Part shown: positions 41,968 through 53,688 of the stretch, piece by piece
Layout of the letters: every line of letters begins with the position of its first letter
Position numbering within the stretch: the first letter of the stretch is position 1
Origin: an uncultured Candidatus Rokubacteria bacterium
GTDB lineage: Bacteria > Methylomirabilota > Methylomirabilia > Rokubacteriales > CSP1-6
NCBI GenBank assembly: GCA_963789955.1
Contig: CAWBMV010000034.1
Span: 832,001-896,000 of the forward strand
DNA: 64,000 nt
Reading direction: 5' to 3'
The notes under the pieces: generated by a model
The model's input: the letters and a program-made list of their open reading frames with translations, nothing else
Told to the model about the DNA's origin: nothing
The model's database searches: none
Position numbers and translations under genes: made by a program

Positions 41968-43171
41968 CTACGCGCGGGCAGGTTCGGCGACCGAGGAGCG
42001 CAGGACGAGGCAGAGCGGAATCGTCGTCAGCACCAGCGCCGAGACCACGACGAGCGTCGTCGAAACGCCGGCGAGGTCGCTGAGCAGGCCGTAGACCGAG
42101 GGCGCCAGCGCGGACGACATGATCGTCACCGTGTAGTAGAGGCCGTACGCGCGCGAGCGGCGGTCCGCGGCGACGAGGTCGGCGACGGTCCCGTAGAGCA
42201 CCGACGACGTTCCGTTCAGCGCCACGCCCATGAGCGGCAGGATCGCCAGCGCGACGGGCAGCGGCGACGGGATCAGCGCCAGGATCCCCAGCGCCGTCGC
42301 CGTCTCGGTGAGGACGACCGTGCGGATGACGCCGAGCCGCTCGGCCACCAGGCCGCAGGCGAACTTGCCGACGGCGCCGCCTGCGAACAGCAGCGCCAGC
42401 GCGGTGCCGACGCCGGCCACGCGACGAGCCCTTGCGCGATCAGCGCGAAGGGCAGGAACGTGAGGAATCCGGTGCGCGTCGCGTTGTCGATCATCCCGAT
42501 CGCGGTCAGCGCCTGGAAGCCGCGCAGGTCGCGGATTCCCCAGCCCGACTGGCCCGTGGCAGGTGCCCTCGGCCGATCGTCGACCGCCGGCTCCGACTGC
42601 GCGGACGGTGAGTCGCGCCAGGACACCAAGAATCGCGGCCGCCGCCACGAGACCGATCACGCCATAGGCGGCCGCGGCGGTGCGCCAGCCGACGCACGAG
42701 CGCGGCGAAGGCGACCGCGGCCGGCACCGCCACCTTGCCGAGATCGCCGGAGAAGTTGTAGGTCCCGAGCGCCGCGCGCCGCGGGCCCGTCTCGTACGCC
42801 TTCGAGACGAGCGAGGACGACAGCGGGATGCTGCACGCCCGAGCCGAGCCCGGCGACCAGCAGCACCAGCCAGCAGCGACAGGAAGCCGCCGACCATTCC
42901 GGCCGGCGATGAATCCGCACGCGGTGACCGCGCGTGCCCGCGGCGAGCAGGCGCCGCTCGCCCCAGCGCTCGGCGAGCAGTCCCGCCGGAATCTGGAACG
43001 CCGCCATGCCGCCCGCTGTACGCGGTGCGGATGATCCCGACCTGCGCGAAGGTCAGCGCGGAACTCGCTCGCCCAGATCGGCAGGAGCACGTAGAGGATG
43101 TCCGAGAATCCGTCGTGGACGAAGTGGATGCTGCAGGCGGCCGCGAGCACCGCGCGCGCGCGCGATTTCAC
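41968..43171 (-). CDS. MFS transporter (multiple frameshifts)
   Basis: HFVHDGFSDILYVLLP, LAERWGER, ALGTYNFSGDLGK; hydrophobic segments throughout. Confidence 0.8.
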
Positions 43172-43242
43172 GCCTCGATCATCCCCGAGCGGCCCGCCGC
43201 GTTCAAGTAGAATACCGTCAGCACGGTCAGGGGAGGGGCTCC

Positions 43243-43863
43243 ATGCCGATCAGCATCACGCGCGTCTACACTCGCACCGGCGACACAGGCGAGACCTCGC
43301 TGGTCGGCGGCAAGCGGATCCCGAAGGACTCGCCGCGGATCGTCGCCTATGGCACCGTCGACGAGCTGAACGCCGTCGTCGGCCTCGTGCGGGTCTTCAA
43401 CGCCGAGCGGCTCGACGAAGGCGAGCGGCATCGCTGGCTCGACGAGGTCCTGAGAAAGATCCAGAATCAGCTCTTCGACCTGGGGAGCGAGCTGGCCACG
43501 CCGCCCGACGCCGCCTACGACGGGATGTTCCGGGTCGGCGAGGGTGAGGTGAAGGAGCTCGAGGCGCTGATGGACCGCTGCCAGAAAGATTTGCCGCCGC
43601 TCAAGTCGTTCGTCCTGCCCGGCGGCGGTCGCATCAACGGATTTCTCCACCAGGCGCGCACCGTGTGCCGCCGCGCCGAGCGCGAGCTCCTGGCGCTCTC
43701 CCGCCAGGAGCCGATCGGCGAGTGGCCGCTCCGCTTCCTGAATCGCCTGAGCGATGTGTTCTTCGTGCTGGGCCGCTGGGTCGGCAAGCACCTGGGTGAG
43801 CAGGAATATCTCTGGGAGCGGGGGCTGTCGAGCCACGCGCGTCCGAGAAAGGCACGCTCATGA
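43243..43863 (+). CDS. PduO-type cob(I)alamin adenosyltransferase
   Basis: VYTRTGDTGET, AYGTVDELN, FVLPGG, ARTVCRRAER, LNRLSD. Confidence 0.92.
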   Translation: MPISITRVYTRTGDTGETSLVGGKRIPKDSPRIVAYGTVDELNAVVGLVRVFNAERLDEGERHRWLDEVLRKIQNQLFDLGSELATPPDAAYDGMFRVGEGEVKELEALMDRCQKDLPPLKSFVLPGGGRINGFLHQARTVCRRAERELLALSRQEPIGEWPLRFLNRLSDVFFVLGRWVGKHLGEQEYLWERGLSSHARPRKARS

Positions 43864-44946
43864 AATTCGGACTCTTCTACGAGCTGTCCGTCCCGCGTCC
43901 GTGGACCCGCGAGTCGGAGCGGACCGTCTACGACAACGCCCTCGAGCAGGTGAAGCTCGCCGACGAGCTCGGCTTCGATCAGGTGTGGGCGGTCGAGCAC
44001 CATTTCCTGGAGGAGTACTCGCACTGTCCCGCGCCGGAGCTGTTCCTGACCGCGTGCGCGATGGTGACGAAGCGGATCCGGGTCGGGTTCGGCATCGTCG
44101 TGTGCGTGCCGGAGTTCAATCATCCGATCAAGATCGCCGAGCGGACCGCGGTGCTCGACATCCTCTCGGGCGGGCGCGTCGAGGTCGGCACGGGCCGCTC
44201 GGCGACGTGGACCGAGCTGGCGGGCTTCAACGCGAGCCCGGACGTCACCAAGAAGAGCTGGGACGAGTTCGTCCGGTGCCTGCCGAAGATGTGGACGTCG
44301 GAGAAGTTCGAGTTCGAGGGGGAGTTCTGGTCGATGCCGCGGAGGACCATCCTGCCGAAGGTGTACCAGCGCCCGCATCCGCCGATGTGGGTGGCGGTGA
44401 CGAGCCCGGGCACCGAGCTCGATGCCGCCGACCGGGGGCTCGGAAGCCTCGGCCTCACGTTCGGCCAGTTCGCCGAGCAGGAGAAGCGCATCGCCGAGTA
44501 TCGCCGGCGCATCCAGCTCTGCGAGCCCGTCGGGGAGTTCGTCAACGACCAGGTCTCGACCGTCAACTTCCTCTACTGCCACGAGGACGACGCTGTCGCG
44601 CTCCAGACCGGACGGCAGATGGCGAACCACTTCAACTACCTCGCGGCGCAGCTCATCTCGGTGCGCGAGACCTATCCGTCCAAGTCGTACCCGTCGCTCG
44701 GGTTGTTGCCGCAGCTGCGCCGCCAGGCGACCGGCCCGGAGGCGTCCGAGCAGGCCGGCGAGGGGCTGTGCCTCGGGCGGCCCGGAGCGCATCACGCGCG
44801 CGCTCCGGCGCTGGGAAGCGTGCGGGGTCGACCGCGTGAATTTCCTGCTCAACACCGCGGAGACGATCCCGCAGGCCGACGTGCTCGCGAGTCTCCGGCT
44901 TTTCGCTCGCGAAGTCATGCCCGCGTTCAACGGGAGCAAGTCCTGA
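43860..44946 (+). CDS. LLM-class flavin-dependent oxidoreductase (frameshift near 44780)
   Basis: MKFGLFYE, VEHHFLEEYSH, LDILSGGR; C-terminus LFAREVMPAF in the next frame. Confidence 0.88.
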
Positions 44947-45683
44947 TGCCGATCTTCGGCGAGCTCGAGCTCGGGACGATCGCGGAAGAGCTGCCGCGGC
45001 TGCGCGACCTCGACACGGAGGCGTGGGAGCTGCCGAAGGCCGAAATTTTACAAGTAGCGTGCGAGATCGCGGACGGCAGCCGCGCGCTGCTGCCGCGGGC
45101 GCTGCACCCGGCGATTCCCGAATACGTCACGTTCGTCGTGACCCGCTATCCCGAAAGCCCGGTCGGCCCGTTCGATCTGGCTCAGGTGCGGCTGATGGCG
45201 CGCGCCGGCGTCCATCCGCGCGGCTACGTGGTCGGAGCGGTGGCCTCGACCGCGAGCGCCGCGTCCGAGCTCCGCGCGCGCTGGGGCTATCCGGCGGCGC
45301 CGGGCGAGATCACGCTCAGGCGATATCACGACCGCGTGGCGGCCATGGTTCGACGCGAGGGCCAGACGATCCTCGAGATGGCGCTGATCGATCCGGAGAT
45401 CGTCTCGGGCGGCGATCTCCAGTACATCCACGGGATCACGCTCGCCCGCGTGGACGGCGCCTCGCAGCTGATCCAGGTCGATCCGCACTACACCCTGCAC
45501 AACGCGGCGCGCGGTCGTGCCCACGTGAGCCGGTTCGACGCGGCGGCGTGGCACGCGACCCCGATCACGTTGACCACGCCGATCTCGGCGAGCGTCTCCA
45601 CCTCGGACACGGATCTGCCGCGCATCCGTTTCGTGATGGACCCGGAAGCCCCGGTGGTCCGCGGGACCCGGAAAGTCCGCTGA
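44946..45683 (+). CDS. Acetoacetate decarboxylase-superfamily protein
   Basis: ALLPRALHP, YPESPVGPF, RARWGYP. Confidence 0.65.
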   Translation: MPIFGELELGTIAEELPRLRDLDTEAWELPKAEILQVACEIADGSRALLPRALHPAIPEYVTFVVTRYPESPVGPFDLAQVRLMARAGVHPRGYVVGAVASTASAASELRARWGYPAAPGEITLRRYHDRVAAMVRREGQTILEMALIDPEIVSGGDLQYIHGITLARVDGASQLIQVDPHYTLHNAARGRAHVSRFDAAAWHATPITLTTPISASVSTSDTDLPRIRFVMDPEAPVVRGTRKVR

Positions 45684-45684
45684 G

Positions 45685-48600
45685 CTAGTCGCGCTTCGGG
45701 GATCCGTCCAGCGCGAGCCGCAGGTGCTGCATCAGCGCCTCGGGCGTGAACGGCTTGGGCAGCAGGATGATGTCCGGGTCGAGCACGCCGTGGTGGCCGA
45801 GCGCGTCGTCGGTGTACCCGGACATGTAGACGACCTTCGTGCCCGGCCGCAGCTCGAGCATCTTCCGCGCGAGCTCGGGGCCGCTCATCTGCGGCATGAC
45901 GACGTCGGTGAGCAAGAGATTGATCGACCGCGCCGCGTCGAGGCACAGACGCAGCGCCTCGTCGCCGCGCGCGGCTTCCAGCACGGTGTAGCCCGCCATC
46001 TCGAGAATCTCGCGGGTCAGCTCGCGCACGTCCGCCTCGTCCTCGACGAGCAGGATCGTCTCCGAGCCGCGCACCTCGCCGCCGCGCTCGGGCGCCTGCT
46101 CGGCGCGAGTGTCCTCCGTCGGGCTCGCGCACGGCAGGTAGATGTCGAAGGTCGTGCCCTGACCCTCTCCGCTCCGGACGCCGATGTAGCCGCCGTGCTG
46201 CTTCACGATGCCGTAGACCATCGAGAGCCCGAGACCGGTGCCGCGGCCCTTGTCCTTCGTCGTGAAGAACGGCTCGAAGATCCGCGCCTGGATCTCGGCG
46301 CTCATCCCGAGGCCGTCGTCGATCACCGACAGACGAACATGCGGGCCCGTCCCGGCGCCGGGATGCTCCCGCGCGAACGCTTCGTCGAGGTCGATGTCGG
46401 CCGTCTCGATCGTGAGCCGGCCGCCCCGCGGCATCGCGTCGCGGGCGTTGATCGCCAGATTCATCAACACCTGCTCGAGCTGGGTCGGGTCGGCCTTGAC
46501 CCGGTCGCGCCGAGCGCCCGGCACGGTCGTCAGCGCGATGTGCTCGCCGATCAGGCGCTGCAGCATCGAGACCGATTCGCCGACGGCGGCGTTGAGCTGC
46601 AGCACGCGCGGCTGCAGCACTTGTTGTCGGCTGAAGGCCAGGAGCTGCTTGGTGAGCGCCGCGGCCCGGTGCGCCGTCCGCTGGATCAGATCGAGATCCT
46701 GCCGTGGCTTCGTCCCCGGCTCGAAGCGCTTGAGGAGGATCTCGCAGCGGCCGTGGATGATCGTGAGTAGGTTATTGAAATCGTGGGCCACGCCGCCGGC
46801 CAGGCGGCCGATCGCGTCCATCTTCTGAGCCTGCAGGAGCGTCTCCTGAGCCCGCGACACTTCCTCGGCGGCCACCTGGACCTCGCGGAAGAGGCGCGCG
46901 TTCTCCAGCGCCGTCGCGGCCTGCGATGCGAACGCGGTGGCGATCGTCTCGTCCTCTTTCGAGAAACCGGCCAGGCGCCGCGTCCGGATCGACAGCACGC
47001 CGGTCACGCGCTCGCCGAGCTTGATCGGCACGCCGAGGAACGCGCGGTAGCCGAGCCGCTTGACGGCGCTGCGGTGGGCCGGGAGCAGCCGCGTGTCGTC
47101 GGTCACGTCGTCGAGCCGGAGCGGCGCGCCCATGCCCGCGACGAGACCGCTGAGGCTCTCGCCGATCTTGATTCTCGGCGTCGACATCGTTTCCTTGGCG
47201 TCGCCCAGGAGACCGGCGACGACGAGCTCGTCACCCTCCACCAGGCGAAATCCGACGGATTCCGACTCGAGGACCTCGCCGCACGCGGCCGCGATCGCCC
47301 CGAGGAGCTCCTCGACCGGCTGGATCCTCGACAGCTCGTGGCTCACGTCCAGCAGCGCCTCGAGCCGGGCTTGATAGGCGCGTTGCGCCTCGAGCAACTG
47401 GGCGTTGCGGATCGCGATACCCGTTTGCGCGGCGAGCCGGGTGAGCCGGGCCTCGTCCCGGTCGGTCAATGGTCGCGGCGAGCGGTTGTACACCACGAGC
47501 AGCCCTTCGACACGCGACTCCGTCTGGATCGGCACCGCCAGCGCGGCTTCGACGCTCTCCACCGGGATGAGCGGCTGCGGGTCGTTCCGGAGGCGCGAGT
47601 CGTGCGCGTAGTCGTCGGTCCGGAACGGCCGGCCGGTCAAGAGCACGTGACCGACGAGCCCCTCGCCCGGCACGATCTTCTCGCCTCCCGCCGCGGACAC
47701 CCCCGCCCAGTGGCGGACGATCATCGCCTGTGTCGCCAGGTCGCGGGTGGCGATGACGCCGAGGTCGGCCCGGCACAGCTCGCGCCCGGCGTCACACGCG
47801 TTCTTCAAGATCGTGTCGAGGTCGAGCGCGGCGGTGATCTGGCTTGCCAGCTCCGCGAAGATCTCGGCTTCGCGGCGTCGGCGCTCTGAATCCTCGAAGA
47901 GGCGAGCTTTCTCGAGCGCCATCGCCGCCTGGTCCACGAATGCCTGCGCCAGGCGCACCTCATCACTGTCGTAGGCGCGGCCTTCGTGGTCGCCGACCGC
48001 GATGGCGCCGACGACGCGATCGTCGACGATCATCGGGAGGGCCAGCGCCGACCGGTGCGGCCGAGACTGGAGCGATTCGCGCAGCTCGGGCGTCAGCGCG
48101 ATCCGCGGATCGGTGAGGACGTTCGTCGTCGCGACCGGGCGCCGGGTGCTGACGGCGCGGCCCATCGCGCCGGTCCCCGGGGGGAACACGATATCGTAGC
48201 CGGAGCCGTCGGCCGAGAGGTGGCGGCCGATGAGCGCGCCGCTGACCGGCTCGACGCGGACGAGCGCCGACGAGAGTCCCCCGAGGAGCGCCCGCAGGCT
48301 GTCGGCGATCCGTCCGGCGACCTCCTCGGCGTCGAGCGATTCGGTGACCAGCCGTCCGACTCCCGCGAGGACCTCGGCTTCCCATTTCCGGCGAGTCGTC
48401 TCGGAGTGGAGCCGCGCGTTGTCGAGCGCGATCGCGGCCTGGTCGACGAACGCCTGGGCGAGCCGGATCTCGTCCGGCGTGAAGACTCGACCCGTGCGCC
48501 CGAGCGCTGCGAGGGCTCCGAAGGCGCGGTCGCCGGCGATGAGCGGGAGCGCCAGGATCGCGCGATGCTCGAAGCTCTCGAGCGCCGCGTAGGTCTCGGG

Positions 48601-50477
48601 CGCGAGGGTGATCCGCGGATCGGCCAGCACGTCGGGGGTCGAGACCGGGCGCCCCTCGCGCACCGCGAGGCCGACCGCGGCCGTGCCGCGGGGGAGCGTG
48701 CTGTTCCAGTCGACGCCGACCCCCGCGCTCGCCAGGAGCACGAAGTCCCCGGTCTCGAGGCTGATCCGGTACAGCGTCGCCATGGCGGAGCCGAGGAGCG
48801 GTCCGATGCTGTCGACGATGCGCTGTCCGACCTCGTCGGGCTCGAGGGAGCGCGAGATGAGCCGACCCACTTCGGCGAGGATCTCGGCTTCGCGCCGGCG
48901 GCTTTCCATTTCGCGCAGGAGATGGGCGTTCCCGATCGCGACGGCCGCGTGATTGGCCAGGCGGCTGAGCGCCGCCTCGTCCCGATCGCTGAACGGGCGC
49001 GCGGTGCGGTTGAAGACGTAGAGCAGGCCCTTGAGCTCGCCGTCCTGGATGGGAATGACGATCTGCGCGACCACGCCCGTGGCCTCGACCTGGGGGGTGT
49101 AGTCCCGGGTGATCCGTGGATCCTCGGCGTAGTTCGTCGTCCGGAATGGCCGTCCGGTCGTCAGGACCAGCCCGCCGGAGCCCTTGCCCGGCTGAATCAG
49201 GAGACCGATGAGCGCGTCGTCCGCCGCGCTTCGCACGCCGCGCCGGTGGATCACCCGGACACCGTCGGTGCCGGCCTCCCGGAGGGCGATCTGGGCACCG
49301 TCGGCGCCGGTCATCTCGCAGGCGCCGTCGACGATGCGCGAGAGGATCGCCCAGAGATCCAGCGAGCTGTTGATCTGCCCGACGACCTCGGCGAGCACGT
49401 CGACCTCGTGGCGCCGCTTGGTCGCGTCGTCGAACAGCTGGACGCTTTCCAGCACGAGCGCTGCGTGATCGGCGAACGCCTGCGCCAGACGAATCTCGCT
49501 CTCCAGGAAGACGCGGCCCCCGGCGTCGCAGACGGCGAGGGCGCCGATGACGCGATCCTTGAGCTGGAGCGGCAGCGCGAGGACCGCTCGATTCGCGGCG
49601 CCTTCGAGCCGCTCGAGGATCGCCGGATCGTGGCGGATGCGCGGGTCGTCGGCGAAATTCGAAGTGGCGATGGGCCGGCGCTCACGCACGGCGAGCCCGA
49701 TCACGCCGGTCCCGCTCGGAAAGACCGTCCCAGGGCCCAGCGCTTGCTCCCGTTCGCCCAGCAGCGCGAGCGCGACCATCGCGCCGGTTTCGGGCACGAG
49801 GCGGTAGAGCGCCGCCTCCTGAGCCGCGAGCAAATTCCGCACGCTTTCCACCACGCGTCGAGCGACGGTGCCGAGATCGAGCGTCTCGCTGCTCAGACGA
49901 CTCAGCTCGGCCAGGGCCTCGGCGGTGCGGCGGCGGCGCTCGCTCTCGGCCAGGAGCCGGGAGTTGCGAATCGCCGCGCCGGCCTCCGCGATCAAGGCCT
50001 CGAGGATCTCGTATTCCTCGTTCGCGAGGTCGAAGGGCTGCTCGCCCAGGAGGACGAGGACTCCAACCACGGTGTTCTGATACGCGACCGGCAGCGCGTA
50101 CACGCTCCGGAGGCCGTGGGACGCGTACCACTCGCGCGCGACCATCGGCGTTCGGCTCAGATCGTCGGCCTTGATGGGCTCGTCGTGCAAGGTGACCCAG
50201 CCGGCGACGCCTTGACCGTAGGCGAGCCGCGGGTTCGGGTGTCCCGCGCCGATCGCGGCGTCCGAACACCCGCGTAGCTCGACGGTCCGGGTCGCTCGTC
50301 GGCGACCCAGAGAGACACGCATCGCGCGTCGGTGAGCCGTACCGCCGCGGCCGCGATCTGGCGAAGGATCTCGTCGGTGTCGAGGGACGAGGAGATGAGC
50401 TCGATGAGCTGGATCAAGGTGCGCAGCTTCCCCGCCAGCGCTTCCGAGGAGTCGACGCCGGGTCCGGTCGGATCCAC
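45685..50477 (-). CDS. Hybrid sensor histidine kinase, 7xGAF-HisKA-HATPase-REC (frameshifts near 50300-50330)
   Basis: Repeated SLD...A(I/L)xNARL-type units, H-box GVAHDFNNLL, GRGTGLGL, receiver LLLTDVVMP..KPF. Confidence 0.9.
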
Positions 50478-50812
50478 TATCCGAAGCTCCGCCGACGGCC
50501 CAGGGTCATCAGGGTGCGTCGAAGCGCGCTGGAGCCGAGCTTGCTGGACAGGAGAGCCCGGCCCGCGGTCCAGACGACTGTCACGAGCAGCACGGCAACA
50601 CCCTCGGGGACGATCGCCGTCGGCACCCGCGGTCTCGCGCTGGAGCTCTTGGGGTCCCAGGTGGGGACGTCCCAGGTGGGGAACGGGATGTCGTCGCCCC
50701 CGGCTGGGGCGGGCTTGGCGGCCGGCGGGGGCGCCCCGACGAAGCCGATCGTCAGAGCCAGACAGACCAGCAGCGCGGCCAGGACACAGCCGTACTGGCC
50801 CTGAACCGTCAT
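50477..50812 (-). CDS. Small hypothetical membrane protein
   Basis: Two hydrophobic segments around a Pro-rich linker; overlaps both neighbours' start/stop codons. Confidence 0.5.
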   Translation of the reverse strand: MTVQGQYGCVLAALLVCLALTIGFVGAPPPAAKPAPAGGDDIPFPTWDVPTWDPKSSSARPRVPTAIVPEGVAVLLVTVVWTAGRALLSSKLGSSALRRTLMTLGRRRSFG

Positions 50813-51246
50813 GGACTGGCGGTTCCGTTCGAGGCGACCGAGACTCTCGGGACCGCTTCGCCTTCGGGACTGAAGATCCGCGAGACGACGCGATCGAGAC
50901 GCTGCAGATCGATCGGCTTGTGGATGTACTGGAGGATGCCGAGCTGACGAGCTTGCACCTCGGTGGCGGGGCTGTAGTCACCCGTCGTCATGACGACCGG
51001 CAGGCCCGGCTCGATCGCGCGGAGCCTGCGGACGAGGTCGCCTCCGGGCATGTCGAGGAGATTCACGTCGACGACCGCGAGGCCGAGGCGAAATCTCCCG
51101 ATGAGCCGCATGGCCTCGAGCCCTCGCGCGGTGGGGTACGCGCGGAGCCGCGCCTGGAGCAGGAAGTTCGCGACGGACCGCGCCGAGGCCTCGTCGCCGT
51201 CGGCGACGAGGATCCAAGGTTGTCCGGCGGACTCCCGGAAATTCAT
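50809..51246 (-). CDS. Single-domain response regulator
   Basis: ILVAD, AVVDVNL, VVMTT, IHKP. Confidence 0.8.
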   Translation of the reverse strand: MNFRESAGQPWILVADGDEASARSVANFLLQARLRAYPTARGLEAMRLIGRFRLGLAVVDVNLLDMPGGDLVRRLRAIEPGLPVVMTTGDYSPATEVQARQLGILQYIHKPIDLQRLDRVVSRIFSPEGEAVPRVSVASNGTASP

Positions 51247-51259
51247 GCTTCTCGTAGAG

Positions 51260-51275
51260 AGCAGGTTCAGTGCCA
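51260..51275 (-). promoter_or_regulatory. sigma54 (-24/-12) promoter
   Basis: Minus strand TGGCACTGAACCTGCT (GG-N10-GC) just downstream of an enhancer-binding protein gene. Confidence 0.6.
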
Positions 51276-51374
51276 GAGGCCGTCGTAGCTTTGAAATCGA
51301 GAAGTTGCACGAGCGCGGTCGCGGGCACTCCGCCGCGCCTTGACAGAATTGACGGTCTCCGGTTGACGGTGCCG

Positions 51375-52727
51375 CTAGACCAGGCCGAACTTCTTGATGC
51401 GGCGATACAGCGTGCGGACGGTGAGACCGAGCGCGCGAGCGGCCTGCTCCTTGTCGTTTCGGAACCGATCGAGGGCCCGCGCGATGAGATCGCGCTCGGC
51501 CTGATCGAGAGTCGGGAGCGTGTCGACGACTGCGACGGCGGCGGGCGTCTCGACCTTCGTCGTGAGATCGGGAAGGTTGGTCCGCTCGATCTCATCACGC
51601 GCGCCGAGGGCGAAGGCTCGCTCGATAAGATTCTCAAGTTCGCGAACGTTACCCGGAAAGTCGTAGGCCGTCAGCGCCGCCATCGCGTCGGGGGCGATAC
51701 CCTTGACGTCACGCCGGAAGCGCTCGTTGAACCGGCGGAGGAAATACGTGAGGAGCGCGGGAATATCGCTCCGGCGCTCCCGAAGCGGGGGCACGACGAT
51801 CCTGACGACGTTGAGCCGATAGAACAGATCCTGTCGAAACCCCCCATTCTGAACGACGGCTTCGAGGTTCTTGTTGGTCGCGGCGATCATCCTGACGCTG
51901 ACCGTGTGCGTCTTCGTCGAGCCGACGGGCCGGATCTCCTTCTCCTGCAGGACCCGGAGCAGCTTGGCCTGGAGGGCCGGCGAGAGCTCGGCGATCTCGT
52001 CCAGGAAGAGCGTGCCGCCATGGGCCGAGCGGAAGAGCCCGAGCGCGTCGGCGACGGCACCCGAGAAGGCCCCGCGCACGTGGCCGAAGAACTCCGACTC
52101 CAGCAGGTCGGCCGGGATCGCGCTGCAGTTGACCGGAACGAACGGGCCCTTGGACCGCCCGGACTGCCGGTGGATGGCCGCGGCCACCAGTTCCTTGCCG
52201 GTGCCGCTCTCGCCCTCGATCAGCACCGGCGAGTCGGAGTCCGACACTTTGGCGATGACCTCTCGTACCCGCGTCATCCCCGCCGAGTTGCCCACCAGAT
52301 CCTTCACGGCCAGGTGCTCGGCCAGGCGGTTTCTGAGCGAGTGCACCTCGCGGCTCAGGAAGCGCTTCTCCAGAACCTGCTGCATGAGGTGCTGGAGCTC
52401 GTCCAGGTTGAGGGGCTTGATGAGGTAGTCGTAGGCTCCCGACTTCAACGCCTGGACGGCGGTCTCGACCATCGGGTTGCCGGTCATCATCACGACCTCG
52501 AGCGCCGGGTCGTGACGCTTCATCTCGTCGAGAACTTGAAGTCCGTCCATCTCGGGCATCCAGATGTCGACCAGCGCGGCGTCGAAGATCTGGTGGCTGA
52601 TCAGGTCGACGGCCTCCCGGCCGCTCGCCACGTGGGTGACGTCGTAGTTCCAGGAGCTCAGCGCATCGCGCATGAACTCTCCGACGTCGGCGTCATCGTC
52701 GACCACGAGCACACGCGGACGATCCAT
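51375..52727 (-). CDS. NtrC/AtoC-family sigma54-dependent response regulator
   Basis: REC domain, GESGTGKE, GAFSGA, LFLDEI, FPGNVREL, C-terminal HTH. Confidence 0.93.
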   Translation of the reverse strand: MDRPRVLVVDDDADVGEFMRDALSSWNYDVTHVASGREAVDLISHQIFDAALVDIWMPEMDGLQVLDEMKRHDPALEVVMMTGNPMVETAVQALKSGAYDYLIKPLNLDELQHLMQQVLEKRFLSREVHSLRNRLAEHLAVKDLVGNSAGMTRVREVIAKVSDSDSPVLIEGESGTGKELVAAAIHRQSGRSKGPFVPVNCSAIPADLLESEFFGHVRGAFSGAVADALGLFRSAHGGTLFLDEIAELSPALQAKLLRVLQEKEIRPVGSTKTHTVSVRMIAATNKNLEAVVQNGGFRQDLFYRLNVVRIVVPPLRERRSDIPALLTYFLRRFNERFRRDVKGIAPDAMAALTAYDFPGNVRELENLIERAFALGARDEIERTNLPDLTTKVETPAAVAVVDTLPTLDQAERDLIARALDRFRNDKEQAARALGLTVRTLYRRIKKFGLV

Positions 52728-52734
52728 CGGCGAC

Positions 52735-53562
52735 TTACCCCCTTGTCCGACGATCGCAGCGGGCCAGGAACTCGAGCACGGCACGGTTCCAGGCCTCGGG
52801 CTGGTCACGGTTGGCGAAGTGGCTCGCCGGCGAGAGCACCACCAGCTTCGAGCCGCGAACCTTTCTGTGCATCACCCTCATCGGCGCCAGGGAGGGGTCG
52901 CGGTCGCCGCCGATGAGCAGCACCGGCATCCGCAGGCGCGGCAGCTGATCGGTGATGTGGTCCATCGCGAGCAGCGCCCGCAGGGAGTTCGCGTACCCTA
53001 TCGGTGAGAGCCGGCGGTACTCCTCGTAGAACTCATCCCTGGCCGAGGGGTCGAGGGCCAGCCGCTCCGAGAGGTTCGGGTTGGCGGCCATCGCGTACTC
53101 CGCCATGGCGTCCATTCCCTTCGTGAGCGTGATCTCGATCGAGCGCGCGCGCATCACGAGATTCTCGACGGAGAGCGGCAGCCCGGCGGCGGACGACGAG
53201 TTGGTCACCATCAGCGCCCGGACGCGCGACGGAAAGCGCAGCGCGAAGCGGGTGGCGATCCCGGCGCCCAGCGAGAGCCCGCCGACGTGCGCCTTCCGGA
53301 TCCCGAGGTGGTCGAGCACCGTCTTTAGGTCCAGCGCCCAGCGCCCGAACGAGAACTTGGCGGCGTCTTCCGGACTGTCGGACCGCGCGTGGCCGCGCGG
53401 CTCCCAGAGCACCAGCCGGTGGTGGGCCGCGAGGGCGTCGCGGTTCACGTCCCACATGTCGGCGTTGCCACCGATCCCGTAGGCGAGCACCAGAGGGGTG
53501 CCCCGGCGGCCGTGCTCCTCGTAGTAGAGCCGCACCCGGTCGTCGGTCCTGGCGAATGGCAC
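52735..53562 (-). CDS. Alpha/beta hydrolase
   Basis: PRGHARS, GLSLGA nucleophile elbow, GDRD, SHFAN. Confidence 0.85.
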   Translation of the reverse strand: MPFARTDDRVRLYYEEHGRRGTPLVLAYGIGGNADMWDVNRDALAAHHRLVLWEPRGHARSDSPEDAAKFSFGRWALDLKTVLDHLGIRKAHVGGLSLGAGIATRFALRFPSRVRALMVTNSSSAAGLPLSVENLVMRARSIEITLTKGMDAMAEYAMAANPNLSERLALDPSARDEFYEEYRRLSPIGYANSLRALLAMDHITDQLPRLRMPVLLIGGDRDPSLAPMRVMHRKVRGSKLVVLSPASHFANRDQPEAWNRAVLEFLARCDRRTRG

Positions 53563-53608
53563 GGGGGTATCTTAGCCGCCCGCGGTTTCGTGGCCCAAGG
53601 TTTCGCAC

Positions 53609-53638
53609 TTGACACGGATTCGGGCAATTCAGTATTTT
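53609..53638 (+). promoter_or_regulatory. sigma70 promoter of the hcr-box operon
   Basis: TTGACA-N18-TATTTT about 50 nt upstream of hcrC. Confidence 0.6.
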
Positions 53639-53688
53639 TAAAGCGTCCTTAAGTCCCAGTAAATCGTCTCAGCGCCGGTGGAGCCCCA

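Noticed and set aside
43860..45683. Apparent LLM-ADC fusion
   Set aside because: The LLM C-terminus lies in another frame ending at TGA 44946, overlapping the ADC ATG
47986..50277. Long antisense ORFs (also 529-2031, 17331-19007, 33083-34915, 61078-63024)
   Set aside because: Shadow frames expected opposite real genes in high-GC DNA; no recognisable motifs
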